Positions 37,201 through 51,257 of a stretch of 64,000 nt of DNA are shown here, piece after piece. Each line of letters starts with the position of its first letter. The first letter of the stretch is position 1. The notes under the pieces were generated by a model, which was not told the DNA's origin, did no database searches, and saw only the letters and a list, made by a program, of their open reading frames with translations. Where the stretch lies: the NCBI GenBank assembly GCA_951406725.2, contig OX597830.1, forward strand, positions 62,682,001 through 62,746,000, written 5' to 3'. The stretch comes from Octopus vulgaris. Its lineage: Eukaryota. The position numbers and the translations under genes are program-made.

Positions 37201-38569
37201 ATTTGTATCTTGGTTAAAGTTTTTGCCAGCCAAACAGGTGTGCTCAAGAACAGTGTGGTGTATTTTAAAAAATTTAGTCATGGTGGTGGTGACGTGGAGT
37301 TACTGTCTTCATCTATGACTAATTCGTGTGTGTACATAAGCACACACGCATACTTTTGCAACATCTACATGTATATCTATATTTAGTGATATACAAATAC
37401 GTATCACAAATACATTCTCATAGCTATTGATAGACACATATGCAGATTTTACAAAACGTGTGAATGCAGATTGATTGATAGATAGATAGATTGACTTGAT
37501 ATAATATATCATCATCTGATGATGATGTATATATATATATATTATATATATATGTAAATACTAAGATGGATTGATATAGAGAGATAGCTTGATTTTATAT
37601 ATACAGACAGACAGATGGCTTGATATTATATATATCTATATATTACACCCACACAGATAGATAGCTAGAGAGATAGATATAGATGGATTGGACAAATAGA
37701 TAGTTGGAAAGATAGGTAGATATATATATATATATATATATAATAATTCTATTTATTATAAGCCTAAAACTTAATTTCACTAACCATCATTCTGAGTCTC
37801 ATATATGTTTCCCCACCATCAGATAAAAGATCACAAATCTGAAACTGAAAGCAACAATTGTTGAAATTTTTTCCTTAAAAATAAACTTAGATAAGATCCT
37901 ACAATATATATTATGAGGATCTTTCATTATCTTTCTTTTTCACTCATTTTTTTTTTTGGTGCCTAGGAAAATCTACATACATACCTATGTCCAAAGTTTC
38001 TGGAGTAGAGAACGGTTCAAAGATGAACTGACAATAATTGAACACAGAGCATGTATGGAAATATGTGTGGACCTGGTTGTGTGGTTAAGAAACTTGTTTT
38101 GTAACCATGGTATTTTAGGTTCAGTCCCACTGCATGGTTACTTGGGCAATTGTTTTCTACTAAACCTATGGGGCTAACCAATGCCTTGTAGGTTTGGTAA
38201 ACAAACACTGTATAGAAGCCTGTTGTGTGTGTGTGTGTGTAAAGGCTTCACTTCTACACACGCCAGCTTAATTTAATTCTTCCCTAGTTGAAAAACACCT
38301 GTTGTTAATGTCTTGTTCGTATTTGTAATTGTATACCATTTCTCCATTTTTTGCATCCTTGTTTTCGGAAACATTTCTTCACGCTCAGAGTTGCTGAAGC
38401 ATGGAATAAACTGCCTGCACCAGTTGTTGACTGCCATGACACTGCATCCTTTAAGGCCCTCATGCTTTCCGAAATCCGTCGAAACTACACCTAATTATAT
38501 ATGCACTTTAAATGAGTTGTAGTGCACCTGAGCACTGTACACAATGTTTATTATTTGCTTGCTTTCTTC

Positions 38570-39573
38570 CTAAGAATGGGTGATCAAGAATTTGATGTGA
38601 AAAGATTGCAACCAGCAATGAAACACAGAAGCTATTCTGTGAAGGTCTGGGAAGCAATTTGGAGCAATGGTTGATCAGAGCTGGTGGAGTGTGAGGGTAA
38701 AATAAACTCAAATAAAAATGTGTGCATATAGCAGAAAGGACTCCTTCCAAACTTCTCCAGTGGTGAAATGATTAAAGAAGACTCTCTATTTATGGAAGAT
38801 GGGATTCCTTGTCACACGGTTAAAATGACCCAAGATTTGTTGGAAAAGAATGGCATTAGAAAGCTTCCATAGCTAATCCAGTCACCAGATATGAACTGTA
38901 TAGAACACCTCTGGGGCATAATGGAAAGGACATTTCGTAAACAGAACAAGAAAGCCTCTTCAAAGCCAGATCTTTTGAGATTATTGCATGAAAGTCAGCA
39001 AGAAATTCCGCAAGAGAATATTCACCATCTGATCAGTAACATGCCTAATAGGGCCCTTGCATTGAAAAATGCAAAGGGCATGTCTACTCTTTTACTTGTT
39101 TGTCATTTGACTGTGGCCAAGCTGGAGCACCACCTTTAGTCGAGCAAATCGGCCCCAGGACTTATTCTTTGTAAACCTAGTACTTATTCTATTGGTCTCT
39201 TTTGCCGAACCGCTAAGTTACGGGGACATAAACACACCAGCATCGGTTGTCAAGCGATGTTGGGAGGACAAACACATACATATATATACATATATACGAC
39301 GGGCTTCTTTCAGTTTCTGTCTACCAAATCCACTCACAAGGCTTTGGTCAGCCTGAGGCTATAGTAGAAGACACTTGCCCAAGGTGCTACGCAGTGGGAC
39401 TGAACCCTGAACCATGTGGTCGGTAAGCAAGCTACTTACCACACAGCCACTCCTACGCCTAAATATTAAATGTTCACATTATAATAACTAACAAATAATT
39501 TGAATGGATAAATTCAGATTTAAAAAAATTTTAATGATTATAAGGGTGTCGATTTACTTCTTTCATGCCTGTG
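38570..39573 (+). mobile_element. Tc1 transposase 3' remnant (same family as 23485-24063), interrupted by a SINE
   Basis: FMEDG..CH, QSPDMNCIEHLW, SMPNR motifs; right TIR GGTGTCGATTTACTTCTTTCATGCCTGTG then TA. Confidence 0.8.
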
Positions 39574-40238
39574 TATATATAATGGCACTCTGTTGGTTAT
39601 GATGATGAGGGTTCCAGTTGATCTGATCAAGAGAACAGCCTGCTCGGGAAATTAATGTGCAAGTGGCTGAGCACTCCACAGACACGTGTACCCTTAATGT
39701 AGTTCTTGGGGAGAATCAGTGTGACAAGACTGACCCTTTGAAATACAGGTACAACAGAAAGAGTGAGAGAAGAGTACAGCAGGGTTTGCCACCTACCCCT
39801 GCTGGAGCCACGCGGAGCTTTAGGTACTTTCGCTCAATAAACACAATGCCCAGTCTGGGAATTGAAACCTCGAGTCCACTGCCCTAACCACTGGGCCATT
39901 GCACCTCTACACACACGCATATATCCCATCAATCTAAAAACTATCCCAACCTCATTGACTATTTCCTTATCTTCCATGGCATTTTAATCTCTTACATGTC
40001 TTTTCCCTAACCCTAACCCAATGACCGAAGTATTCAGGGTGTTGCCACTTTGATCTTATCACCTTTTTTCTGACACACCTGTCTGAAAGGTAAATTTACC
40101 TGCTAGTCTTACTATCCAGTTTGTAGTAGCTGGTAGGCATTTATAAATCTTTGCCAACCAAACCAGTTTAAGGACAGAAGAGTATATTTTCAAGAACCGA
40201 GGAGGGATGGTGGCAGGATTATTATACTAACCTAATTA

Positions 40239-40277
40239 ATGTGTGTGTATATGTATGCATGTGCCTATATATATATA

Positions 40278-40324
<47 letters not shown>

Positions 40325-40459
40325 ATATATATGTGTGTGTGTGTGTGTATATATATATATGTGTGTGTGTGTATATATATATGTGTGTGTATATATATAT
40401 GTGTGTGTGTGTGTATATATATGTGTGTGTGTGTGTGTGTATATATATGTGTGTGTGTG

Positions 40460-40504
<45 letters not shown>

Positions 40505-40525
40505 GTGTGTGTATATATATATATA

Positions 40526-40576
<51 letters not shown>

Positions 40577-40602
40577 ATGTATATATATGTATATACATAT
40601 AT
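40239..40602. repeat. Compound (TA)n/(TG)n microsatellite
   Basis: About 360 bp of alternating TA and TG runs; source of the spurious YI/HT/CV ORFs. Confidence 0.95.
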
Positions 40603-41718
40603 ACGGCGAAAAGAAAATGGACGGGATACTAAAATGACATACATCAGCCAGTAGACATTCTATTATGTCTGTTTAATCCCAAACAAAAGGGAGTATTATA
40701 AGAATAGATACACATGCAAAGACTGTGTGCTACACAAATGTACACTAGTAATAGTAATAATAGTTTAAGGTTGGTTGGCTTCCCAACCTCTAACTCTCAC
40801 AGAAATAAATATATATATATATGTATGTATGTATATATATATTAGGAAGGGCATCCTGGCGTTAGGAAAGGCATCCTTGGCGTTAGGAAGGGCATCCAGC
40901 TGTAGAAACACTGCCAGATCAGACTGGGCCTGGTGCAGCCTTCTGGCTTCCCAGACCCCAGTTGAACCGTCCAACCCATGCTAGCATAGAAAATGGACGT
41001 TAAACGATGATGATGATGATATATATACATGCAAGAAGAAAATGGGAGTTCCTCCATTTTCTTCTTGCATATATAATTTAAACTATGGTTTACCCGCTCA
41101 ATTACCTACCACCGTTTACCTTTTACCAAGGACTGTACTTATGCAGGTAATTACCAGGAGTGCCTTTAGATCTAACCATCCCTTAGAGTTTTTAAACACC
41201 TCTAACTTATACCTATATATATACACACATTTACATTAGACTTTTAAAAGAACTGAAACTTGACAGCTATGTTGTCAAAATTTTACTTCATCGTGAAAGG
41301 TAAATAAACCGACTGTGTCTATGTGAGATTATTGAGAGAGGAATTGGAACCATGTAGACAAGTTGCATATGAACCGAGAGATGCATGTCTCATTTGTAAC
41401 ACTTCATATGCAGATACAGGATTATCCACCATCCAGTCCACTCTGCTGAGTGGTTGGTGTTAGGAAGGGCATCCAGCTGTAAAAATCCTGCCAAAACAGT
41501 TACAGAAGTCTGGTGCAGGCTTCGGTCTGGCCAGCACTTGTGGTATCGTCCCATCCATGCTACCATGGAACACGGACATTAAATGATGATGATGGATGTG
41601 TGCCCCCATCTTATTTGTTGTTAGTACAACGTTTTGGCTGCTTTGTGCATGTGAATATGAAGTTTTTTTGGTCCCATTTACTTTGGCTTACATTATATAA
41701 ATAGATGCAGCACAGAAT

Positions 41719-41912
41719 TTTGTCAGTGAACAGGTCGCGGTCTCAAAGCGACAAAAATATTTTGACAAATTAAATTTAAATGTTGAAGTGAATCTAACGG
41801 TTTTTATGTGTCTCTTAAATAGCTTATAAACACCTTCCACGCTGCAATTGTTTTCATTCCAGCACACAATCTCAGATCAGGTCACTTGCTATGCAAGTAC
41901 ATCTCCGTAATA
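41719..41912 (+). mobile_element. Second copy of the G3:C8 hammerhead element
   Basis: TTTGTCA-GTGAACA-G-GTCGC(ggtctcaaa)GCGAC-AAAA-ATATT-T-TGACAAA, followed by the shared tail. G12 is mutated to A. Confidence 0.65.
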
Positions 41913-44203
41913 TATAAGTAGGGTTTTTAGGAATAATTGTCCTTATCTGCATTACAAGTTAACGTTTTTTCTTCAATCTAGTCCACTAAACCACACGTGC
42001 TTGACACCTATGTTTTTAGCGTATCTAGTTCTACTTACCCTGCCATCTTTGGTTTGGCTGTGTGTCACCCTGGGCAAATGTCTTCTACTGTAGCACTCAG
42101 GTTGACCAGTGCTTTGCAGATAAATTTGGGAGATGGAAACTGCATATGTGTCTGTGTGTGAGTACATATGTGTGTGTCTGCGTATTCTTTTACTTGTTTC
42201 AGTCATTTTGACTGTGGCCATGCTGGAGCACTGCCTTTAATCAAACAAATCGACCCCAGGACTTATTCTTTGTAAACCTGGTACTTATTGTATCAGTGTC
42301 TTCTGCCAAACCACTAAGTTATGGGGGATGTAAACACACCAGCATCGGTTGTCAAGCGATGTTAGGGGGTAAACACAGACACACAAGCATATACACACAC
42401 ATACATATATACGATGGGCTTCTTTCAGTTTCCATCTACCCAATCCACTCAAGGCTTTGGTCGGCCTGAAGCTATAGCAGAAGACACTCGCCCAAGGTGA
42501 CATGCAGTGGAACCGAACCCGGAAGCATGTGGTTCGTAAGCAAGCTACTTACCACACAGCCACTCCTACGCCTATGAATACATTCTGTAAAGTGGTTGGC
42601 ATTAGGAAGGGCGTCCAGCTATAGAAACACTGCTGCCAAAAGAGACAATAAGAGCCTGTTGCAGCTCTCTGGCTTGCCAGCTCCTGCCCAGACTTCAGGT
42701 GATAGTTGTAAACGAATGTCACTGTTATGAAAGCAGCATCCTTCCATTCCAATCTTTTGTGAATACAAGTCTGGTGATGCGAATATTACCTTACTTGGAG
42801 ACAGGTGAGGTTCAATGACAGGAAAAGCATCCAGCTGTAGAAGATGGCCCTCAACAGATTTCATCTGAGCTATGCAAGCATGGAAATGTGGATATTAAAA
42901 TGATGACGATACTAGAATGTTTTCTATCACATGATGATTAACTTTGAAAATATACTTTTGTCCCCATGGGTAACATCAGGAAATATGGTATAAATACAAT
43001 ATTACCAATTTAACTTTCATCAAATTTCTTGGTGCTTATACAAATGATGAAATAATACCAATTCTCAAAAGAAAAATATTTATTACCTCAAAATAAAATT
43101 AAAACTAATTTCTCATCTGTAAAACTGTCATTTAGTCCCTTGACTTCTCTTCCATTTCTATAATGCTTTTTTTCTTACTGTGTGTGTAGCATTCTTTTAC
43201 TCATTGCCTGTCACTAAGCCTAGTATGTGTACTCCTCCTAACTCTCCCTCTATGATTGGAGAAATCAACCAACTAACATTTATATCTGACACACAAACAC
43301 ACGTTTTGTGGAGTGTTTTCCTTTTAAAATACACTGCATTGGCGCATTCTTATTATTTCTTCACAACGGTGAACAATCTACCGGCAACCATCTGTTTTAA
43401 ATTTATACAGCGGATCAAAAAAGAAAAAAAAACAGGTTGAAAGTGGTAACCCTCGCACCTTTTTCAGTGGTATATAAGAATAATGTATTTTTTCCTCGTT
43501 TAAGATGCTGATATGTGATTCGATGGATATTTAACCGCTATTTCTACAAGATCGAACAATCATGAGGAATCTCCCTCCGTGGATCCATCACCCAAGGGAG
43601 AGAAATCCTTAAAACCGAGATTGATAAAAAAAAAAAAGCAAGCTACAAAAAAAAAAACTACTGTACTAAGGGAAGTAATTCAGATTTCTTAATGGTAACG
43701 AGATGAAATCTTTTTGATACAAAAATGTAGTTTAAAATAGATTTCATTAATTGTTCTTTAACTCTTCATACAGTAATTACTAGATAAGCGAACTACACCA
43801 ACGAGGGAGAATACGTGTTTCATCATGCTACTAGAAACAGCAGCCAAGTCAGCCTCATATCACACATTTGTCTTTGAAGAAAGGCAAAGGAAACGTTTAA
43901 CAAAGTCACCTAGATATATACAAAAAGTTGTGATGGGCATGGCCGGAATCGCTTTCATCATCGATGAGTATTGAGCTATAACTAAATATGGATGTGAAAA
44001 CAAGCACAGGCATGGCTGTGAGGTTAATTAGCTTACTCTTCAACCACTTGGTACTGAGTTCAGTTCCTCTGCATGGCACCTTGGGCAAGTGTCTTTTACT
44101 ATAGTTCTGGGCTGGTCAAAAGCTTGTGAGTCGATTTGATAGATGGAAACCGAGTGGAAGCCTATTGTGTGCATGTTTGTATATACATATATATAGTATC
44201 TCT

Positions 44204-44420
44204 GCTGGATGTGTAATGTAAATGTACATGTTCGACAGAATGCTAGTGTTTTGAGAGAGAAGTTAGGCACAAGAGGAATTAGTTGCTGTGAGGAAAAGAC
44301 AAGACTGCTCTGGTTCGGTCAAGTGATGTGTAGGGACAATGACAGCCCCATAAAGACATACCGATCTCTCAAAGCGGACGGAACACATGGGATGAGGTAG
44401 TGAAGAACAACCATGGGACA
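44204..44420 (+). mobile_element. RTE-clade LINE 3' fragment
   Basis: WMCNV...LREKLG...RLLWFGQVM, the RTE ORF C-terminal pattern. Confidence 0.7.
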
Positions 44421-46904
44421 GCAAACATTTTAGGTGAGGTGGCACGTAAAAAGCACCATCCGATTGTGGCTGTTTGCCAGCCTCGTCTGGCACCTGTGCA
44501 GGTGGTATGTAAAAAGCACCCACTACACTCACGGAGTGGCTGGTGTTAGGAAGGGCATCCAGCTGTAGAAACATTGCCAGATAAGACTGGAGCCTGGTGC
44601 AGCCTTCTGGCTTCCCAGATCCCAGTTGAACTGTCCAACCCATGCTAGCATGGAGAACGGACGTTAAACGATGATGATGATGATAAAGGGCTGAGATGCC
44701 TGGAACTTTGCTTACTCAACAGAAGTGTTAAGATCAGTCCCTCTGGTGTTGAAAAGCACCCATGTAGCACCATGTAAAAGTGCCTAGCACTCTGTAAAGT
44801 GCTTGTTATTAAGGACATCCAGCTGTAGAAACTATACCAAATCAGACTTGAGCTTGGTGTAGCTCCCCAGCTCAAGTCAAACCTTCCAATCCATGCCAGC
44901 ATGGATAACAGACGTTAAATGATGATGATGACATATATCTACATCTATCTATCTATCTCTGGCACGTAAAAAGCATCCACTACACTCAGGGAGTGGTTGG
45001 CGTTAGGAAGGGCATCCAGCTGTAGAAACACTGCCAGATTTTACTGGGCCTTGCGCAGCCTTCTGGCTTCCCAGACCCCAGTTGAACCGTTCAACCCATG
45101 CTAGCATGGAAAATGGACGTTAAACAATGATGATGATGACATACACACATGTAAAGGTAGGTTGGTATTTCCTTGTCTTGACATTGTCAGACAAGCAGTG
45201 TCCTTCATTTCCAATCTTCCACGAAAGTATTTCTGGTCATGTGGGAAAATTAACAAACCTGGAAATAGGTGAGGGTTGAGATAGGAAAGGCATCCTGTCA
45301 TAGACAAATCCATCCCCAAAAATTCATTCCAGCCTATGCAAGTAAGGAAAAGTGGACATTAAAACAAAGGCGATGATTCATGTGTGTTGGAAACAAGTAA
45401 AATGCTTTCTAACGCTTACATCAAGTATACTAAATAGTTGATTGTTTTATGCATGAAGATTTAACGTCTCAGAGATTTTGACAAGGACTCTTTCTTCATT
45501 CTTTTTGCAATGATATACCTGTGTGAATATGTATTCAGCTTTCTTTTGTCAAGACAAAATCTAGGAAATCTGTCTAGTCAGAATTGCAGACAGAAATCAG
45601 CCTGGAAGTTCTACATTTTGATAAAGTCATGAATGAGGAAAACAAAGAAATCACTGCGACAATGGTTGGTATTGTGTTTACTGTTCGTAGAGACACACGG
45701 TGGGCTGAAGAGAATTTAGTGAATAAACTGCTTTGTTGAGAAGAAAGAGCAGGAAGCAGGATCGATTGACAGATAGATAGAGAGGGGAATAAATAGATAG
45801 AAAGATAGAAGCAGATATATATATTAGATAGACAGATGAACAAACAGATAGAAAGAGGAGAGACAGACAGAAACAGAGGAAATAATAGCTGGACATTAGT
45901 GATGGATGGAAACAAATGACCAAATGCTGGCCCCAGGACATGCATCCTACAGTGCATAGTCTGTATTTGTCCCCCCCAACATCGCTTGACAATCGATGCT
46001 GGTTTGTTTACATCCCCATAACTTAGCGGTTCGGCAAAAGAGGCTGATAGAATAAGTACTAGGCTTACAAAGAATAAGTCCTGGGGTCGATTTGCTCGAC
46101 CAAAGGTGGTGCTCCAGCATGGCCGCAGTAAAATGACTGAAACAAGTAAAAGAGTATGTATTTGGTTTAAATATTTTTATCTCTCAGTATGTGTGCATGT
46201 CATTGTCTTGATATCATGTGATAGTTGTAAATGAGTGTCACTGTCATACAAGTGGTGTACATTTCCAATGTTTTATGAAAAAGTGTCCAACCATGGGGGG
46301 AAACATTACTCTCACTTGGAAACAGGCAAGGGTTGGTGACAGGTAGGGCATCCAGCCATAAAAAAATCTGTTTCAATAAATCCCATCAAATTCATGAAAG
46401 TAAGGAAGAATGAATATTTGATGGTAAAACAAGAAGCGATTCTAAAAATGCATGGCGGTAAAAGAATAGGGTAGTTGATAGGTGTACGGTTCTACAAGAT
46501 GCGAGTAGTAATCAGAAACACAACCAGAACAATTTGGGGGATTGGATCATGGAAGAAGCCTTCCTTATATTGTTCCCATTCATTTCCATGAACACGTGAA
46601 GGGTGAAGTTCATCCAGAGAGAATATTTGGAAATTTGGCCCTTGTGCCGATGGCACATAAAAAGCACCATCCGATCGTGGCCGTTTTCCACCTGTGCCAG
46701 TGGCACGTAAAAAGCACCCACTACACTCATGGAGTAGTTGGCATTCGGAAGGGCATCCAGCCGTAGAAACATTGCCAGATCAGACTGGGCCTGGTGCAGC
46801 CTTCTGGCTTCCCAGACCCCAGTTGAACCGTCAAACCCATGCTAGCATGGAAAGCGGACGCTAAACGATGATGATATAAATGAAGTTTATATTTTAATTG
46901 AAAT

Positions 46905-47865
46905 TAGTGCATCTCAACTGCGGTCCACATGACCCTTAGAGGTCCTTATAAGATTTGTTAAAATTTATCTGCAATAAATTGGTTATGCTTCTACAATAAA
47001 CAAAATATTTAAACAATTTTTTTTTTTTAGATTACTTACATTTGACGGATATTTGTCATCTTGTTTGTTGGCTGATATACCCTCCACAGCCTTCTTCAGG
47101 TATCTTGGGGGAAATTTCAAACCTGGGTTCTCATTCCTAAGGTATTTTTCCTATGTTGTTGTTGTTATTATATTTTTGCAATTAAATATTATTAGGGATA
47201 GTATAAAAAAAAAAATTCAGTTCTATATTTAAGAGATGAGGAATAATGTACATTATTTGCATTTGACGGATATTTGTCCTCGTCTTGTTTGTTGTTAACA
47301 CAATGTTTCAGCTGATATACCCTCCAGCCTTCATCAGGTGTCTTGGGGAAATTTTGAACCTGGGTTTTCATTCGTAAGGTATTTTTAGATATTATTATTC
47401 AGGTCACTGCCTGGAATTGAACTTGGAATCTTGGGGTTAGTAGCCCGCACTCTTAGCCACTATGCCATATGCCCGTGGGTTAAGAGCACAAGGTACTAAC
47501 CCCAAGATTCCAAGTTTGATTCCAGGCAGTGACCTGAATAATAATATCTAAAAATACCTTACGAATGAGAACCCAGGTTCGAAATTTCCCCAAGACACCT
47601 GATGAAGGCTGGAGGGTATATCAGCTGAAACATTGTGTTAACAACAAACAAGACGAGGACAAATATCCGTCAAATGCAAATAATGTACATTATTCCTCAT
47701 CTCTTAAATATAGAACTGAATTTTTTTTTATACTATCCCTAATAATATTTAATTGCAAAAATATAATAGGATTTTTTAAACAGCAAATGGTTATGACAGT
47801 CCATTTGAGAGAAACAGGAATCAAAGAGGTCCATAAGCAAAAAAAAAAAAAGTTGAGAACCACAG
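46905..47865. mobile_element. hAT-type MITE containing a 600-bp fold-back hammerhead element
   Basis: Ends resemble the CAGTGGTTCTCAAC TIR (TAGTGCATCTCAAC / GTTGAGAACCACAG). Internal inverted repeat 47166-47768. Confidence 0.7.
47594..47639 (+). ncRNA. Minimal type I hammerhead ribozyme motif (mirror copy at 47297-47342, - strand)
   Basis: GACAC-CTGATGA-A-GGCTG(gagggtatat)CAGCT-GAAA-CATT-GTGTT. Stem I GACAC/GTGTT. Stem III is reduced; the 35366 copy shows the ACGT palindrome. Confidence 0.75.
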
Positions 47866-49151
47866 ATTTACATCAAGATGTAAAGGTCTTATTGAATTGA
47901 TAAACCAGACGACAGCACAGAGCTCCAATATATGGCTTTGAAATGGTTTATACCGCTAGATGCCCTTCCTCACACCAACCACTTGACAGAGGGGATACAT
48001 TTTGCATAGCACCAGCACTAGTGAGGTCACCAAATAACCAGAAAAACCCATTGGTTGACTGGCATTGTAGTATTGGGGGATGTGGCTTTATATCAAGTGT
48101 TGAGGGGTTAAAATATGATAGAGCCATAGGAAAGAGTATCTTGCTGAAGAGGAAACACATGACTTCCCAGGATAGAAAGAGAGAAAACGCGAGAGCATAA
48201 ACATATTGTCAGACTTACATTTTCCTTCCTTCGTATTCATTTTCTTCCAGTTTTGTTGCTGCTTCAGGGTTTTTTTAAAAAATTTCTTTCATTTATCGAA
48301 GTGTACACCTTGTTCACTGTTTGCTATACCTTTCTTAAAAATGCATATTTTTCAAAGAAATTTTCCAGAAATACATTTTAAATGACATAGATTATGATCA
48401 TGTGGGAGAAAAAAAATTTTTTTCTTCCAGCTTTCACCAATATAATCATAAAGTACACTCTTGGAGATATATCTGCAAAGTTTCATTAACAAATACTCTT
48501 TTTACTCTCTCTCTTACTTGTTTCAGTCATTTGACTGCAGCCATGCTGGAGCACTGCCTTTAGTCGAACAAATCAACCCCAGGACTTATTCTTTGTAAGC
48601 CTGGTACCTATTGTATCAGTGTCTTCTGCCGAACCGCAAAGTTACAGGGACGTAAACACACCAGCATTGGTTGTCAAGCGATATTGGGGAGACAAACACA
48701 GACAAACATATACATATATATGACGGGTTTCTTTCAGTTTCCGTCTACCAAATCCACTCACAAGGCTTTGGTCAGCCCGAGGCTATAGTAGAAGACACTT
48801 ATCCAAGGTGCTACGCAGTGGGACTGAACCCAGAACTATGCGGTTCATAAGCAAGCTACTTACCACACAGCCACTATGCATTTTCTGAAAGTTATGAGGA
48901 AACAAAATTGGACGAGATGCCAAACTGTTGTTACAATGCACTGGGTTATATAAAAACAGATTTGCATAAAAACCTGTTCACATACAAAGAAAAAAAAACA
49001 TTAGCAGATTCACATCCCCCAAAATCATTTGATTAGTGGAACAGTGATAATTTGTGAGACATTCCAGGGATTCTCTATTTGAGTTTCCTTGGTAAAACAT
49101 GCTTGTGATCCCATTTGCATATGACATACACACAAAAGTCGTATAGGTGAA

Positions 49152-49236
49152 GGTAAAGAATACGCACACCACCCGTTTTCGGCGCTTAGGGTTAGGTTTA
49201 AGATTGCGTCGAAAACTGGGTGTGCGTATTCTTTAC
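49152..49236. repeat. Short palindromic repeat with TTAGGG core
   Basis: GGTAAAGAATACGCACACC...TTAGGGTTAGG...GGTGTGCGTATTCTTTACC; partial copies at about 6400-6432 and 8077-8118. Confidence 0.6.
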
Positions 49237-50401
49237 CTCCGCCAAATATAAAGAGTGTGTGTGTGTATATATGAGAGAAATTCACAGCTACAAACTCCAG
49301 GGACTGCCTCGACTAAAATAAAAGGAACTTTATCACTTTGTAACAGACTGGTGTAATTCTGCAAAGGAACAAAAAAAAAAAAACGGCGGAATTTTGTGAT
49401 AACTGTCCCTTGAAGTTCCACACCTCCTGGGAAAGGAAAGGGTGTAGGAGTTGAGGGAAGAAGTTTCCAGAATTTGAAAATTATGGAAATTGCTTTAAAA
49501 TCGTAATTTTCGTAGTGCACAACAAAGAAAAGAAAAACAGCACTACCTAAATACAATGGTCCCGATGTTTGGAAAGACTTCCGTATTTTCACAGAGCACA
49601 CTCGTTTGGGGGTTAGGGTTAGTTGGGTTAGGGTTACGTAGATGCGTCGGGACCTCTGTATTTAAGTAGTACCAGAAAAAGATACTCTTTTCGTTTTATA
49701 TGAAGTGAGGACTGCAATTCCAAAATTCAACCAAGAAAACAAAAACAATACTAATGTAGGATTTAACAAGAGAATGGAAGAATACAAAAAAAAATATGCG
49801 TTGGTTAATTTAACAAAAACATCAGAAGGTGACAACAAACAATTTAGTCTCAACGAACGAAGAACCAAAACTGGCAGAAACCTACCAACAATTGTTGCGG
49901 TAGGAATTGAAAACCAAGTATAAACCACAAACAACATATTGAAATTATTATAAAAACAATAGATTTATCTTCTATACAAACTGTATTTGGGTTTTCTCGC
50001 TTTTACTGTCCTTAATTCAAATTGGTCCATTGATTGAGCTTCGACTGTCCTAAACTACAATTCGTTTCGTGGTGGGTCATCCACGTGTGGAAATAACCAA
50101 AACAGATGCTGGGGCCCAGCTGGGCTTTGCTGTTATATGCCGAGAAGTTTGGATAGATTTTAATTAAGGGAGTGGCTCTCAATTTAGGATGTTAATGGTG
50201 TTAAATGGAGAATATGAAAGGTGAAGAAGCTCCGAGTGACCAACGTCCAGTTGACTGATTCTCTGTATTTCGAAGACATTTACAAGATTGCAACTGTCGG
50301 CTTTTTTGGTTGAATTTAGGACATTAAAGCGAGGATACCCTTGTGTTTTTTGTTATGTTATGTGTGTGTGTTTGTAACGAATTAATATGGTAAAAGAATC
50401 C

Positions 50402-51187
50402 TCAAGTATCTGTTTTAAAAGGGTTCAATTTAGAGAGGAGAGATGATTCCGGCGGTTTACTGCTAGGCTCTTCGAGTGTGGTAGTTTTTAATTTCTCTAT
50501 AAGTTCTTTTGTGTATAACTCCTTTAGGGGAACGATGGGGTTTTCAGCTTTGCGTAAAGAGTTCGCTTTTTTCAAAGCTTCCTTCACTGAAAGACCGACC
50601 CATTCGGCTTCCTCTTCGGGGATGACAAATTCTTTATACCTCTCATAGATCTCCCCTTGTTTCTGCAAGTTGTCCTTCGCAAACGACCTCCTGGCAAGGG
50701 CGAGTAACATCTTTCTCTTTAGTCGCAGCCCCAGGTTCGAACTCAAGTCAACGGCGTGTGTTTTCAATATGTAATTATCGAAACCATAAACTTCATCTAT
50801 CAACATCAAAGTTCTCTGGGTGACTGTTATTTCGAACCATTTCTCCAAGATTTCGCTGTACAGTGCCCTCTTCTCCAGATGTGGACGCCAGAGAAAAGGA
50901 GTTTTGGTCGAAGTACGTCGCTTCTTCCTCAGTCCATACACCAATCCTTCGCCGCCCCACAAACCAGCATCACTTTGCTCGGGATATATCACAGGTAAAG
51001 GAAAATTATTAACAACCTTCAGTTTTTTACCATTAATTTTAGGGTTACTGATGTATTCTTCTGCTGGCTTCCAGTGGACTGGTGTAGGTTCTTTTGCATT
51101 AAATTCTTGACACCAACGTTTATAATATTCTGGTAGAAGGGCGTCAATTTCTTTAGTCCATCGGAAAAACTTGCGGTAACGAATCAT
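50402..51187 (-). CDS. MRPL28: 39S ribosomal protein L28, mitochondrial (bL28m), intronless CDS, 261 aa
   Basis: Intact ORF with PTPVHW, GLWGGEG, W.P.L...LYSEIL, ITVTQRTL.LIDE..GFD.YILKT, LKRKMLLALA and IPEEEAEWVGL, characteristic of metazoan MRPL28. Confidence 0.95.
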   Translation of the reverse strand: MIRYRKFFRWTKEIDALLPEYYKRWCQEFNAKEPTPVHWKPAEEYISNPKINGKKLKVVNNFPLPVIYPEQSDAGLWGGEGLVYGLRKKRRTSTKTPFLWRPHLEKRALYSEILEKWFEITVTQRTLMLIDEVYGFDNYILKTHAVDLSSNLGLRLKRKMLLALARRSFAKDNLQKQGEIYERYKEFVIPEEEAEWVGLSVKEALKKANSLRKAENPIVPLKELYTKELIEKLKTTTLEEPSSKPPESSLLSKLNPFKTDT

Positions 51188-51257
51188 AATGATTTAACAT
51201 AAAGCAGAGTTTCCAGGTCCAGAGAGCAATTATTATATTCTGCTTCACATAGGAATG

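Noticed and set aside
40222-40654. Several 120-140 aa ORFs (YIYTH/CVCVY)
   Set aside because: Translations of a TA/TG microsatellite.
47400-47474. tRNA gene
   Set aside because: Acceptor stem does not pair properly; it is a tRNA-derived head within a repeat.
49612-49635. Interstitial telomere
   Set aside because: Only 3-4 imperfect TTAGGG units, like those inside the small repeat elements elsewhere in the window.
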